From positions 1 through 54,801 of the forward strand of contig NW_021833919.1 in the NCBI RefSeq assembly GCF_006345805.1: a stretch of DNA of 54,801 nt, in the 5' to 3' direction. The notes beneath the pieces are model-generated. The model did no database searches. It saw nothing but the letters and a program-made list of their open reading frames with translations, and was not told the origin of the DNA. This stretch comes from Octopus sinensis. Taxonomy: Eukaryota. Below, one piece after another: positions 12,006 through 23,586 of this stretch; the stretch's first letter is position 1, and each line of letters opens with the position of its first letter. The translations under genes and the position numbers were made by a program.

Positions 12006-13064
12006 ATGGAATTATCCAAACATCCGACTTTTGCTTTAATAAATTACAGAAACAAAAGTATATATATATATATTTGATGTAGCGTTGTGTGTTTTATAGT
12101 TTTACACTTATATCAACTGAAAATGGTGTGAAAGATTTCATTTGCTTGTGAACCTTATCAACAGCTATAAAGGGAATATGGATGCTAATATATGTTCATC
12201 GTCGATAGTTACAACAATTCATCGGCGAATAACTCAACTCTTACTTTTCTTTTATCTACAAAGAAAAGAAAACTAGATACTTCAGCAGATGTTTCACTTG
12301 TTTTTATAATATTGCTGAAATGTTACGAATTTTATACAAAGATGTATGAACGAGAACGAAATCAAACATGAGAGATAACTTTATTTTTGTGATGTTGTTA
12401 CATCTCACGTTTCCTTATATTTATTTTATTTCTACTTGTATTCCTTTTTTACAAGGTGCCTTAGGTAATCAAATCATGAGCCTTGCCAATTGCAGCAATG
12501 CAGCTAAGAGAAGTAGAGTTTTCAACGATGGGAAAACTTCCATCTTCATACAATATCATTGGATTAAACCGTAAGGAAATTATAACGAAAGTTCACAGTC
12601 GGTGAATATAAAGAAACATTACACGAAAACGCCCACACGACATTTATTTAACATCTATGCAAACGTAGTTACAGTAAAATATATATGTTAGCTTTTTTCG
12701 CAGTCGGCTTTGCTCGTTGTAATATCTTCATTTATTTCCTTTCTCTACAGCTTGTTCTCTGCTGCTTAGAATATTTCCTTTTAACATCTTATCAGTTCAG
12801 TAAAGAAATCATAGCAATGCTTTAACGAAAAACACGTATGATCATTATTATGTAAAAGAAAAACATTCTCTTGGTATTAAATGCATCTGTAGTGTTTACC
12901 GTTCGTTGACTTATACATCCATTTCAAATACGCAAAAATATGTGAATAACTGATAATTCTTTCAGTTTATCTCTACTCAGTAAAATAAGTTATTGTATTT
13001 GTCTGTGTAAATAGCCGACGATTTATATGTATATACATAATAATAATAAATATTATTATTATTA

Positions 13065-13096
<32 letters not shown>

Positions 13097-13099
13097 TGA

Positions 13100-13232
13100 G
13101 AGAATATTAATCCTAACTTACAGGGAAAAAATTCAATTTAGAAATACTAAATCAAATTTCACACAATATAATATATAAAAATTAGAAAAAAAACACCTTT
13201 TTTGACCATTTTGAATTGATAAAAGGTGTTTC
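13100..13232. mobile_element. AT-rich dispersed repeat fragment with terminal fold-back (unclassified, possibly Penelope-like)
   Basis: ttaatcctaacttacagggaaaaaattcaattt...caaatttcacacaat; an inverted related copy lies at ~54310-54515. Confidence 0.6.
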
Positions 13233-13235
13233 TCT

Positions 13236-13289
<54 letters not shown>

Positions 13290-13399
13290 ATATATATATA
13301 TATATATAATATATATATATATGTATATACATACATACATAATACATACATACACACAGCAAATACTTGATGTCAATTTTACTTTTCATTACCACACGG

Positions 13400-13530
13400 G
13401 GATAAAATTAACTCACAAATGGCTGAGTACTCCACCGACATGCATAAAATTAACGTAGTTCCCAGGGAGATGCAGCCTCACACAGAATATGACAAGGCAT
13501 ACCTCTTTGGATTACAGCTACAACTCAAGA
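13400..13530 (-). mobile_element. Old SINE-C-like 3' fragment
   Basis: tggctgagtactccac...ttaacgtagttcccaggg...tgacaaggc resembles the 3' half of 27531-27915. Confidence 0.55.
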
Positions 13531-13531
13531 T

Positions 13532-13563
<32 letters not shown>

Positions 13564-13564
13564 T

Positions 13565-13635
<71 letters not shown>
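13565..13635. repeat. (GA)n microsatellite
   Basis: Direct reading. Confidence 0.95.
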
Positions 13636-13638
<3 letters not shown>

Positions 13639-14479
13639 TAGTGAGTAGTGACTCAGGGGAAGGTGGTGCATGCTTTGTATTTTAAACCGCAGCAAATATT
13701 GGATACCGTATCCTAAACAAAAACTGTTTCATACTTTTGTATATGTTTTTCAATTGAAATACTGAATCATTTGGGACATTTATTGTTTTAATAGCAAGAG
13801 AAAAATTGAGAGACAGAGAGAGAGTGAGAGAGAGAAAGAGCTTGAAGATACGACTAAAACAATTCCAGTCAATGGCAAAGCAACAGGTAGGAAGAGAGAG
13901 AAAGATAGAGAGAAAGAGAGAGAGGAAGAGGGAGAGGTGAAGACTTCGTTGTGGACTATCTGACACGTACTGTCTGTCTGCCTCTATCTCTAGGTATTTA
14001 TTTGTGTATGCATGTATGTGGATGTTTGTATGTATATGATTGTGCGTGTTGCTGTTTTGAATTCCTTCCTGCCACTGACCTTAAACTGCTATTTAAGCCC
14101 CAACCACACACACACACACATACGCACTCACATACACACATTTGTTTTGACTCATTTCAACTGCAGCCATACACCAAGAAACGTGGTGCTTTGTTCCAAA
14201 ATTAAAATTTTGTATTTGTTTTCATTATAAAATTACACCTCAGCTAAAAAAAAAAGCATAGTTTGGATTCGGAATACAATGCTTTCTTTTTCTTTATATA
14301 TTTTTTAAGTTAGAATTTCTGGCTCATTTGTTGATGTGTCATCATTATACATTCACATTACACCTTTAAGATCGGGGAACCAGTTAGGGGCCCAATGGAT
14401 CTCCCTGGGCATACCAGAAAGCCAGAAAATCGCACCAGCCACCATCACCATTTCCTCCACACCACTCATATATATAAGA

Positions 14480-14600
14480 GACTGATAGAATAAGCAATAG
14501 GCTTACAGAGAATAAGTCCAAGGGTCAATTTCTTCGACTAAAGGGTGGTGCTCCAGCATGGCCACCACCAAATTACTGAAACAAGTAACAGGGTAAAAGA
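14480..14600 (+). mobile_element. SINE-B 3' fragment
   Basis: aagagactgatagaataag...cgactaaagggtggtgctccagcatggcc...ctgaaacaagta. Confidence 0.75.
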
Positions 14601-14734
14601 ATACCAGAAAAAAACGTTCAGTGCCCCTAAATATGTACGAGATATTTTGGTTGGATTATATAGTCATTGGTGTTACATTACTTTCTATATTCTGTAACTA
14701 TCACAATGTACTTTTCTAGGCATGAAATTTTGTG

Positions 14735-14858
14735 GTTAGAGGGCCAGTTGATTAGATCGACCCCAGTACACAACTGGCACTTAATTTATCGAGCCCGAGA
14801 GGACAAAAAATGCAAAGTCGACCGCGTCAGAATTTGAACTCAGAGCGTAAGGACAGGC
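14735..14858 (-). mobile_element. SINE-A body fragment
   Basis: atcgaccccagtacacaactggcacttaatttatcga...caaagtcgacc...aatttgaactcag. Confidence 0.75.
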
Positions 14859-14950
14859 AGTAATGATATATAAGCCTTTCTCATGGCACGAGGACACTTT
14901 ATAGATGCTTACATCTTTTGTTTTCCGTCAATTTTTCACTGGTTCAGCTA

Positions 14951-14985
<35 letters not shown>

Positions 14986-16099
14986 CATATTTGTAGGTAT
15001 GTATTTAAGTATATGTGTATGTTTGTATATATAAATAGGTTACGAAACCTTCATAAACAACAAACTCGATGAACAACTATAACATTTGCCAGATTTAAAG
15101 CCCAATGAAGCAAAATATCGCAATATCAATATATGGTATAATAAATACAACAAAACCACCAATCACCGGTCATTTAGAAACCAAGAAATCACTGTACATC
15201 AAATGTTTGTATCTCATCCTCAGCTGCCATTCTGATATTATCATAATCTCGACACCCGGGCTTTACCATTCCTGCTGGCGGTATCAACAGCGTTAAAAGC
15301 GTAAACGATGTGAAGGAGTTAGGAAACGGGAGCTAATCTTCAGCATAATATGCCTTTTATGTCTGCTCCCACTTATTGTTATAAAACACAAATACAAACG
15401 TCGAATCGGAACCATGAATATTGTATAAAATATAGAAAATAAAAAAAAAAGTCATTAAAGTCGATATTACCATAAAAAGCTCAAATGCGAATTTAGAAAA
15501 CATAATATATTAAAATAAACTAGCAAACTTAATATACTGAAAATCTATATTTTTGAACTTAATTGAAAACACGCGTTACAAATGCATAAAGCGGAGAATA
15601 ATACTAGCCTGAGCAAATTTCAGTCTAGAACTGTAAACATATCGATCAATCAAAGAATATAATTTTATACGTATCGCTACCTAATAACTTATTCAACAGG
15701 ATTAAGAACGGAACCATAATTGAAAAGAACCAAACGTAAACTAACAGAATGGCATTTCACTTTATCAACTTTTAATCATCTGTGGACAAAGAATCAGAGG
15801 AAATCAATGCGGAGCAATATATATTAAATGTAAAATTTAATTATAGAAGATTGTGTTTAAACCAATATTTCAACCTGAAAGAAGCAGAAAACATGATTAA
15901 AATAAACAAATCTTAATGAAAACAACGTTTATATACGTAAACCATTAAGAGATAAAACGAATTCAAAGTAACCGAACTGAATATCATATTATTTTATGTG
16001 TCAGACATCAATCACATAGAGTATATTATTGTGGACCTATAACTTTCAAATATCAACTTATATCATAGAAAGCATACAATTAACCAATTTTTTCGGTTA

Positions 16100-16300
16100 A
16101 AATCACAAACACACACACACGCTCATACATATACGATGGGCTTCTTCCAAATTCTGTCTATCAGATTCATTCACAAGGCTTTGATCGGTCCGGGGCTTTT
16201 GTGAGAGATAATTGCCCAAGGTGCCACGCAATTAGACTGCACCCAGGACCATGTCATATAATTGGGAGCTAACCTCCTTACAACACAGCCACGCTTGCAG
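16100..16300 (-). mobile_element. SINE-B 5' half
   Basis: tacgatgggcttcttc...tcacaaggctttg...gcccaaggtgccacgca...acacagccacgcttgc. Confidence 0.75.
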
Positions 16301-16317
16301 CTGTGTATATTTATATG

Positions 16318-16399
<82 letters not shown>

Positions 16400-16443
16400 C
16401 ATATCTATCTATCTATTTATCTATCTATATATCTATCTATCTA
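16318..16443. repeat. (TATC)n microsatellite
   Basis: Direct reading. Confidence 0.95.
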
Positions 16444-16473
16444 GCCATCTCTCTCTCCATATATAAACATATA

Positions 16474-16509
<36 letters not shown>

Positions 16510-16995
16510 TGTATGTATGCATGTATGTATGTATATAATCAGTCACGCACGTATATGCATTGCACTACAGTTAAGAACTTCACTTTGTTAACAAGTGTAT
16601 GCAGGTTCAATTTCTAGTTCGCATTAAAAATCCCCCCCCCCCGCTTGACTACGATCCACCACATGTTTCGTTCTTTGATTTAGTCTTCTTTTCATCTTGC
16701 TTAATATTTTCTTAGTAGTTTCAAGTCATCTGTCTATATCTTTATTGCCGAGAAGTTCAGCCTCTCTCTTCAGACAACCAACGAAGGCAACAGGCATAAA
16801 AGTTAACCTCTACCTATCTTCATGGCAAACCGATTTGTAGCTAAACGTTTATGTTTGCCATGTACTGCTATTAACCAACACTGTTTTTTTTTGTTTTTGT
16901 TTGTTTCATTTGCTTATGACATGGATGTTGGTGAGAACTAGAGGCGTGAAAGTCAATAACTATCAAACCGACATGTCAATTTACCATCGTTCTTA

Positions 16996-17160
16996 GGTGA
17001 AGGCTTGTGGCCCAGTGGTCAGGATGTTGCTCTCATGGTCACGACATCACAGTTTCGATTCCCAGACGGGATGCACTTTGAGCTCTTGCTCATAATACTT
17101 CAATTCACGTCGCTCCAGTAACCTTGCGATGGATTAGTTTGCAAGTGTGAGACGGTGACT
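16996..17160 (+). mobile_element. Diverged tRNA-derived CORE-like SINE (SINE-D type)
   Basis: A box tggcccagtgg, B box gtttcgattccc, then ttgagc..tgc...ttcaattcacgtcgctccag resembling 39296-39329. Confidence 0.55.
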
Positions 17161-17361
17161 CAAGAAAATCACCGCAATGTAGGTCCCGCGAGCCAAGTTT
17201 AATATTCATTGATCGAAAGGATTAACTTTACAAGCCTTATCGTGAATTCCGTTTGCTTGCGATTAATGGCTTACCCACGTCGAAGGACGGGACAGTTTTA
17301 GATTTTGTAAACCTGGATTCGATATAATCAACATTACTTCATGACTTACTTAGGAAGGGCT

Positions 17362-17560
17362 GTTGGTTGGCATCCTTTTTCTCTCGGGAGACAATGGAGT
17401 TGCGCATAAAGTAGTCTAGTCCGGCTTTTACATTTCATGTCCTGATACATTTCCTGCTGTGGCTGTGTAGTCCTATCCTGGACAAACACTTCCTCTGGCA
17501 GGTACCGCAAATGTAGCGAAGACTGTTCCTGGCTGAAGGGCTACTGTAAAATAAGAGTGA
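17362..17560 (-). mobile_element. RTE-clade LINE 3' end
   Basis: The minus frame ending at 17435 reads ..RNSLRYICGTCQRKCLSRIGLHSHSRKCIRT* (RTE C-terminal C2HC-type motif); 3' UTR ccattgtctcccgagagaaaaaggatgccaac. Confidence 0.75.
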
Positions 17561-17896
17561 CCATTTATAGTCCTTCTAAAATTGGTGGTGCTGAAGCGTA
17601 AACCCCAGAGAAGAAATTGGAATTCATTGCTTATAAGAGTGAGAATCTGTGAGAGATTTATAAGGCCCAAATGCTGTTGGGCTTTAAAAGGAGTGACGAT
17701 ATACGTTCCTCCGAAATGCTTCTATAAAATTCCCATGTAGCCAATATCCTTTTCAGGGCTCTGGTCCACCGAGAATCATTACAGAGGAAGGCCCTACTTT
17801 CGACTTTTAAGTGTATTTATTTACGCTGGAAATAAATATGGTTTTATGCGTGTAATCTCTAACCAGCTAGTCATCCTGGAACAGGATTCTTTTACA

Positions 17897-18301
17897 GTTA
17901 CTCTTTTACTCTTTTACTTGTTTCAGTCATTTGACTGCGGCCATGCTGGAGCACCGCCTTTAGTCGAGTAAATCGACCCCGGGACTTATTCTTTGTAAGC
18001 CCAGTACTTATGCTATCGGTCTCTTATGCCGAACCGCTAAGTGACGGGGACGTAAACACACCGGCATCGGTTGTCAAGCAATGCTAGGGGGACAAACACA
18101 CACACAAACACATATACACACATATATATATACATATATACGACAGGCTTCTTTCAGTTTCCGTCTACCAAATCCACTCACAAGGCATTGGTCGGCCCGG
18201 GGCTATAGCAGAAGACACTTGCCCAAGATGCCACGCAGTGGGACTGAACCCGGAACCATGTGGCTGGTTAGCAAGCTACTTACCACACAGCCACTCCTGC
18301 G
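17897..18301 (-). mobile_element. Full-length SINE-B
   Basis: Head gcaggagtggctgtgtggtaag (A box), ggttcagtccc (B box), CORE-like cttgggcaagtgtcttct, internal (TA)(TG) tract, (AAAAGAGT)n tail. Confidence 0.92.
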
Positions 18302-19604
18302 ACGTTTAATATCGTTGATCGTGTGCTTTAAGAAGCTTGCTTTCCAACCATGTTCGTTCGAGTTCAGACCAACTGCACGACATCTTGGTCAAATGTACTC
18401 CAATATAGCCCCAAGGCATCTGAAATAGATTTGGCCGTGGGTCTTTTAAATTATGGATGACCGTTCATTAACACTTATCTTAATTTGAGTTGTCAATACT
18501 CTTGATTGATACGAAAATATGCAAGTCCTATCATGTGCGTTATTTCATTTAGAATTAGTAATTGTCAAAGACTATAGTGTTAGATCAATCTTTTAAGACT
18601 ATGATATCCATTTATGACAAGGCAGTTTACATATTCAGAGCACTAATAAATAAATGCAGTATTCTGACTTAGACGAGGTGAAAAGTTGCTAATTATGAGA
18701 AATCGTCACCTTTCATAATATGAATTAATGTAGTTCTAATTAAATTATTTTCCTATTGACAGCTCAAATGTAATTTACAGTTTAATAAACCTTTTGCTCT
18801 CAGCATTGTTTTCTCAAAGTGCTATAACAAAGTTTTGCTATTATCACGCACTAGAATAATTGATAATTAATAATTTGATATCATGACGCATTTCAGAAAG
18901 ATATCGTTGCATTAATTTTTATCATATTATATTATATTTGATAACAAAAGCTAATAAAGCACCTTCAGTAGTGTGTAACAATGAGCCAATGTATAATGAT
19001 ATGTAGAGCGATACAGAGAAGGAAAACGTATAGTAAATCACTTGTTCCTATTATTTTATTTGTAAACCTTTTAAAGAAAATTTTTGTGTGGGGAAGATGT
19101 GGTGCTTCCGGTCATGTCTAATCTATGTCGCAAAACGGTTGCTTTCGTCTCTATTTCTCCTGTAATGTGTTAAGGGTGTATGAGATCAAGACACATTAAC
19201 GATAATTTCATTTAGATATTAAAATCTGCAGTTAATCTCTCATCTTGCGTGCGAGTGTGTGTATGTATGCGTGTATGTATGTGTGCATGAGTGCGTGCGA
19301 TCGTGTATGTGTGAGTGTGTGTATGTGACTGTGTGTGTTCATTTTTCAATGAACGATTTCTAATATTTGCGTAAAACATCAAAATCCTCCTAGTGTGATG
19401 CATGATAAAATCCCAAACTCTGAACAACATCTTGTGAAAAACAGTAAGAAACCAAGAAATAATATCTGCGAGAGATAAACGGAGACGTATTAGAGTTCCA
19501 GTTTTATCTCGAGATGCATGAAAGATGTCGATTTATGACTCCAACCCTGTCATTTATCCCTCCATTCATTCTCTCTCTCTCTCTTTCTTTTTTTTTTTTT
19601 TTTT

Positions 19605-20265
19605 TGCTTGTTTCACTTATTACACAATCTACCGCCTTGAAAGGTGTTTTTGGTTGAATAAATTGACCCCAGGACTGGCATTCTTAAGCCTATTGTTTCT
19701 TCAATCGGCGTCGTTTTCCGAACCGTAAAGTTACTGGAACGTAAACAAACCAAGACCGATTTTCAAGCGGTGGTGGGGGCACAAACACAGACACAAAGTA
19801 ACACACACACATATACATACATATACATATTTATGGGTGTGTATGTGTATATATATATATATATATATATGTTGTATTTAAGTACGTGAATGAATAATTC
19901 TAGTATGGACAATTCGGTTAACCGATACCCGGGTAGCAAATTGATGTCAGAAAACACGGTTGAAGCGACATGCCAGGGGCAGAAATCACGTGTTTTCGTG
20001 TGGAATTTGTGTGTTTTCACTTACTTATAGTTAAAAAAACACACAAATTTCCACACGAAAACACGTGATTTCTGCCCCTATATATATATATATATATATA
20101 TATACGACAAGCTTCCTTCAGTTTTCTATTTTCGTTTATTGAATCCACTCACAAGGCTTTGGTCGATCCAAAGCTACAGTAGAAGACAAAACAACAATCC
20201 AAGGTGCCACGCAGTGGGACTGAACCCCAAACCATTGTGACTGGGTAACAAGCTTCTTAACAGAC
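19605..20265 (-). mobile_element. Diverged SINE-B with an insertion in its internal microsatellite
   Basis: 3' half at 19605-19860, 5' half at 20100-20265 (aatccactcacaaggc...caaggtgccacgcagtgggactgaacc). Confidence 0.7.
19975..20079. repeat. 105-bp fold-back, near-perfect 43/44-bp arms
   Basis: AGGGGCAGAAATCACGTGTTTTCGTGTGGAA(A)TTTGTGTGTTTT and its reverse complement, with an ~18-nt spacer. Confidence 0.9.
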
Positions 20266-20756
20266 ACCTACCAGAACACCTATATTGTGTCTTCAGCGCA
20301 TCCTGTTTTAGTTGACGGTAAGCAGTTCATTGGTGTTTCAAATATGTGTCGTGCTGGGTAGCAGACTCACAGACATTTCTCTAATCATCCACTTGAGATT
20401 TAATACTTGTTATTGACGAAACACATAGACGCTGAAAATCTGTATTGAGTAGCTTAGTCTGTATTTAGTTTTCGTCTGCAGTTGATATATTCCTGTGCCT
20501 TTTGACACTTTACGTCTATACGAGATGCTTTTTTTAATAAATAAAACCTCGTGTTGTCGATTAATTATTATATCCATGTTGTGTATGATATAATACAGAT
20601 CGCTATTAGGAACTAATATTCGCTAATAACGAATATATGTGCGCGTGTGTTTGTGTCTGTGTCTGTTTGCGTGTTTGTATCCACACACACGCAGCACCTA
20701 CACAAACACACACACATTCACACAGACACATACATACACACACACACACACACACA

Positions 20757-20787
<31 letters not shown>

Positions 20788-20797
<10 letters not shown>

Positions 20798-21005
20798 TAT
20801 TAGAGACAAAACCACTATTTTGCAAAACAAACAAGGAAAGACTTAATCAATACATAAAATTTTAATAAATAGTCAAAAAAAAACCGCCACTACAATATAG
20901 TGGTTTTGTCTCTAATAATATTTTATAATATTTTACTATAAAATCGATTTAATCCTAAATCTGATTTTTTCCCTGTAAATTTGGATTTATTCCCTAATAT
21001 TTATT
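20788..21005. mobile_element. AT-rich repeat with 31-bp perfect inverted arms (possible Penelope-like inverted end)
   Basis: TATAAAATATTATTAGAGACAAAACCACTAT at 20788-20818 and its rc at 20897-20927. The inverted part continues into an atcc..ttacagggaaaaaa motif shared with 13105 and 54480. Confidence 0.6.
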
Positions 21006-21049
21006 ATTTATAATATATATTATATATATATATATATATATATGTATAT

Positions 21050-21190
21050 GGCATGTTTCTTTCGGTTTCTGTCTACCAAAACCACTCACATTGCTTTATT
21101 CGGCTAGGGGCTGTAGTAACACTTGGCCAAAGTGGGACGGAACCTGGTTAGGAAGAAGCGAAAGCTTGTTACCACACAACCACACTTTAA
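21050..21190 (-). mobile_element. SINE-B 5' fragment
   Basis: tttcttcggtttctgtctaccaaaaccactcac...cttgttaccacacaaccac. Confidence 0.65.
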
Positions 21191-21220
21191 CCTTCTTACC
21201 AAACAACAACACATCACTCA

Positions 21221-21262
<42 letters not shown>

Positions 21263-21272
21263 GTAAATATAT

Positions 21273-21337
<65 letters not shown>

Positions 21338-21549
21338 CACCTTCGAAACGCAGAGTAGATGAAACCATGGCGACTGAAGAAGGGGTTTTTTTCCTTGTGT
21401 AATTTGTCCTGTACTCTATTTTTTTTTTGTTTAAGAAAAAAGTCCAGTTCCTTGGTTTGTGTTTATGTTTTCGTTTCTCATCGTGTTCTACGTTTTATTG
21501 GTGTCCTGTACCCATATATGCGTGTATATATACATGTAGAGGTAGATAC

Positions 21550-21624
21550 GTACATATATGTATATATATATGCATATGTTTTATTTATTAATATATATAT
21601 ATATGCATATGTTTTATTTATTAA

Positions 21625-21655
<31 letters not shown>

Positions 21656-21740
21656 GTTTTATTTATTAATATATATATATACATATATATATATATAATA
21701 TATATATATGCATATGTTTTATTTATTAATATATATATAC

Positions 21741-21745
<5 letters not shown>
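21550..21745. repeat. Compound minisatellite: (atatgttttatttattaata) x4 separated by variable (TA)n
   Basis: Direct reading. Confidence 0.85.
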
Positions 21746-21791
<46 letters not shown>

Positions 21792-22136
21792 TGTGTTTGT
21801 GTGTATTATGTAAACGCACACATACACACATCTATATATATTTTTTCAACATATAAATTAATTAATGAAAAGAAAACAAAAGGCTTGTAATCACCATGAT
21901 TACCTCACAACTTGACAGTTATATGTTTCAACGATATCCTAAATAATTACACAACTCCCGAAATGAAACGTGTCTTCTTACGTCTCTGCATATTTGTATG
22001 TACTAAGCGCCTACTTTTAATAACAAGTTGTCCCGATCGTTAGCAAAACAAGACATTCGTTTTCTGCGTTCCGCTTTCCTTGCATTTGTAGGTTTTCTTG
22101 GATTAAACATTTTTTAAACAAGCAAATAATAAATTA

Positions 22137-22346
22137 CGGAGATATACTTGCATGGCAAGTGACCTGATCTGAGATCGTGTGCTGGAACGAAAACAATTGC
22201 AGCGTGGAAGGTGTTTATAAGCCATTTAAGAAACACACAAAAGCTGTTAGATTCACTTCAACATTTGAATTTAATTTGTCAAAATATTTTCGTCGCTTTG
22301 AGACCGCGACCTGTTCACTGACAAAATTCCGTGCTGCATCTCTGTT
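22137..22346 (-). mobile_element. 210-bp TSD-flanked insertion carrying a hammerhead-like motif (Penelope-like/retrozyme candidate)
   Basis: 13-bp direct repeat AAATAATAAATTA at 22124-22136 and 22347-22359; no ORF; see ribozyme feature. Confidence 0.75.
22275..22325 (-). ncRNA. Candidate type I hammerhead ribozyme, G3:C8 core variant
   Basis: Minus strand: UUUGUCA-GUGAACA-G-GUCGC(GGUCUCAAA)GCGAC-GAAA-AUAUU-U-UGACAAA. Helix I 7 bp, helix II 5 bp, GAAA, palindromic helix III AAUAUU; predicted cleavage between 22282 and 22281. Confidence 0.6.
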
Positions 22347-22760
22347 AAATAATAAATTATTTTCTTTTCCTTTGTTTTAGCTTACTTTTATATATTTTCG
22401 TCTATTTACTCGTTATATGTTCGTAAAATAACCTAAAAGAGGGGCAAATTTAACAAAATATTTGATACACACAGCAAGGTCTGGTGCATTATGTTACAAT
22501 AAGACTTTATTTGTACATATGTATGTACAGCTAGCTATAAGAGTGTAGAGGGTGTTAACATCGATTAAATAACTGAATACAGTTGACAAAACTATTGTAA
22601 ATATATGGAATAAATATTTTTAACTCTCACGTCTCTCAAGTTTGATTGATTAATAAATAATTTCTAAGAACGTGATTCCTACGGCGGAGAGCTTGCTGAG
22701 AGTATTGTTAGATTATTGGAATCTTTATATATGTGCACAAGCCCACATATATACGTATAT

Positions 22761-23069
22761 CAAGTGATCACGTGACCGACAAGACTATCAGATGTTGCTA
22801 CACATCGCTGGTCACAAAGCGCTTCGCATTGTTTTAGCCTTCAAATGACGCCACCTCGCTGGCTAATCGAGCAAGCCGACAGAAGAAAGAGTGAGAGAAG
22901 GTTTTGGTAAAAGAGTACGGCAGGGATCACCACCAACCCCTGCAGGAGCCTCGTGGTGCTTTAGGTGTTTTCGCTCAATAAACACTCACAACACTCGGTC
23001 TGGGAATCGAAACCGCGATCCTACGACCGCGAGTCCGCTGCCCTAACCACTGGACTATTGCGCCTCCAC
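22761..23069 (-). mobile_element. SINE-C variant with a different 3' tail
   Basis: Same head as 27531-27915, but the tail is ...gtcttgtcggtcacgtgatcacttg; 12-bp TSD ATATACGTATAT at 22749-22760 and 23070-23081. Confidence 0.85.
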
Positions 23070-23084
23070 ATATACGTATATACT

Positions 23085-23300
23085 TATTTCAAATTTTGGC
23101 ACAAGACCAGTTATTTCGCGGGAGGAGTAAAACGATAACATCGACCACAGTGTTTGACTGATACTTATTTTTGTTGAACCCGAAAAGATAAAAGGCAAAT
23201 CCGACCACGGCGGGATTTAAAATCAGAACGTAGACTACTGAGAAATGGCGCTAGGCAATATTTTTCCGGCACAGTGACTATTCAGCCAACACGCCGCCTA
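23085..23300 (-). mobile_element. Diverged SINE-A-like copy
   Basis: ttttggcacaagacc tail; cccgaaaagataaaaggcaaatccgacc body. Confidence 0.7.
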
Positions 23301-23309
23301 GTATAGGTA

Positions 23310-23510
23310 CACTTTTACTTGTTTCAATCATTTGACTGTGGCCATGCTGGAGATACGCCTTTAGTCGAGCAAATCGACCATAGGATTTTTGGGCGGCCCG
23401 AGGCTATAGTAGTAGACACTTGCCCAAGGTGCCACGCAGTGGGACTGAACCAGGAACCATGTGGTTGGTAAGCAAGCTACTTACCACACAGCCACCCCTA
23501 CGCCTATATA
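23310..23510 (-). mobile_element. Internally deleted SINE-B
   Basis: Tail joined directly to the CORE/head part. Confidence 0.85.
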
Positions 23511-23586
23511 TATAAACATTCATTTTACTTTCTCTCTGTCTCTCTTTTTCTGTCCCACCCCTCTCGCTCCAGTATATATATATAAT

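Noticed and set aside
12456-12570. Possible plus-strand exon (AAG acceptor, GTAAGG donor)
   Set aside because: AAG acceptors are rare and the peptide is unrecognised; insufficient support.
15189-15332. 47-codon minus frame ..MVKPGCRDYDNIRMAAEDEIQTFD
   Set aside because: Protein-like by eye, but this length is expected by chance, with a weak acceptor and no family match.
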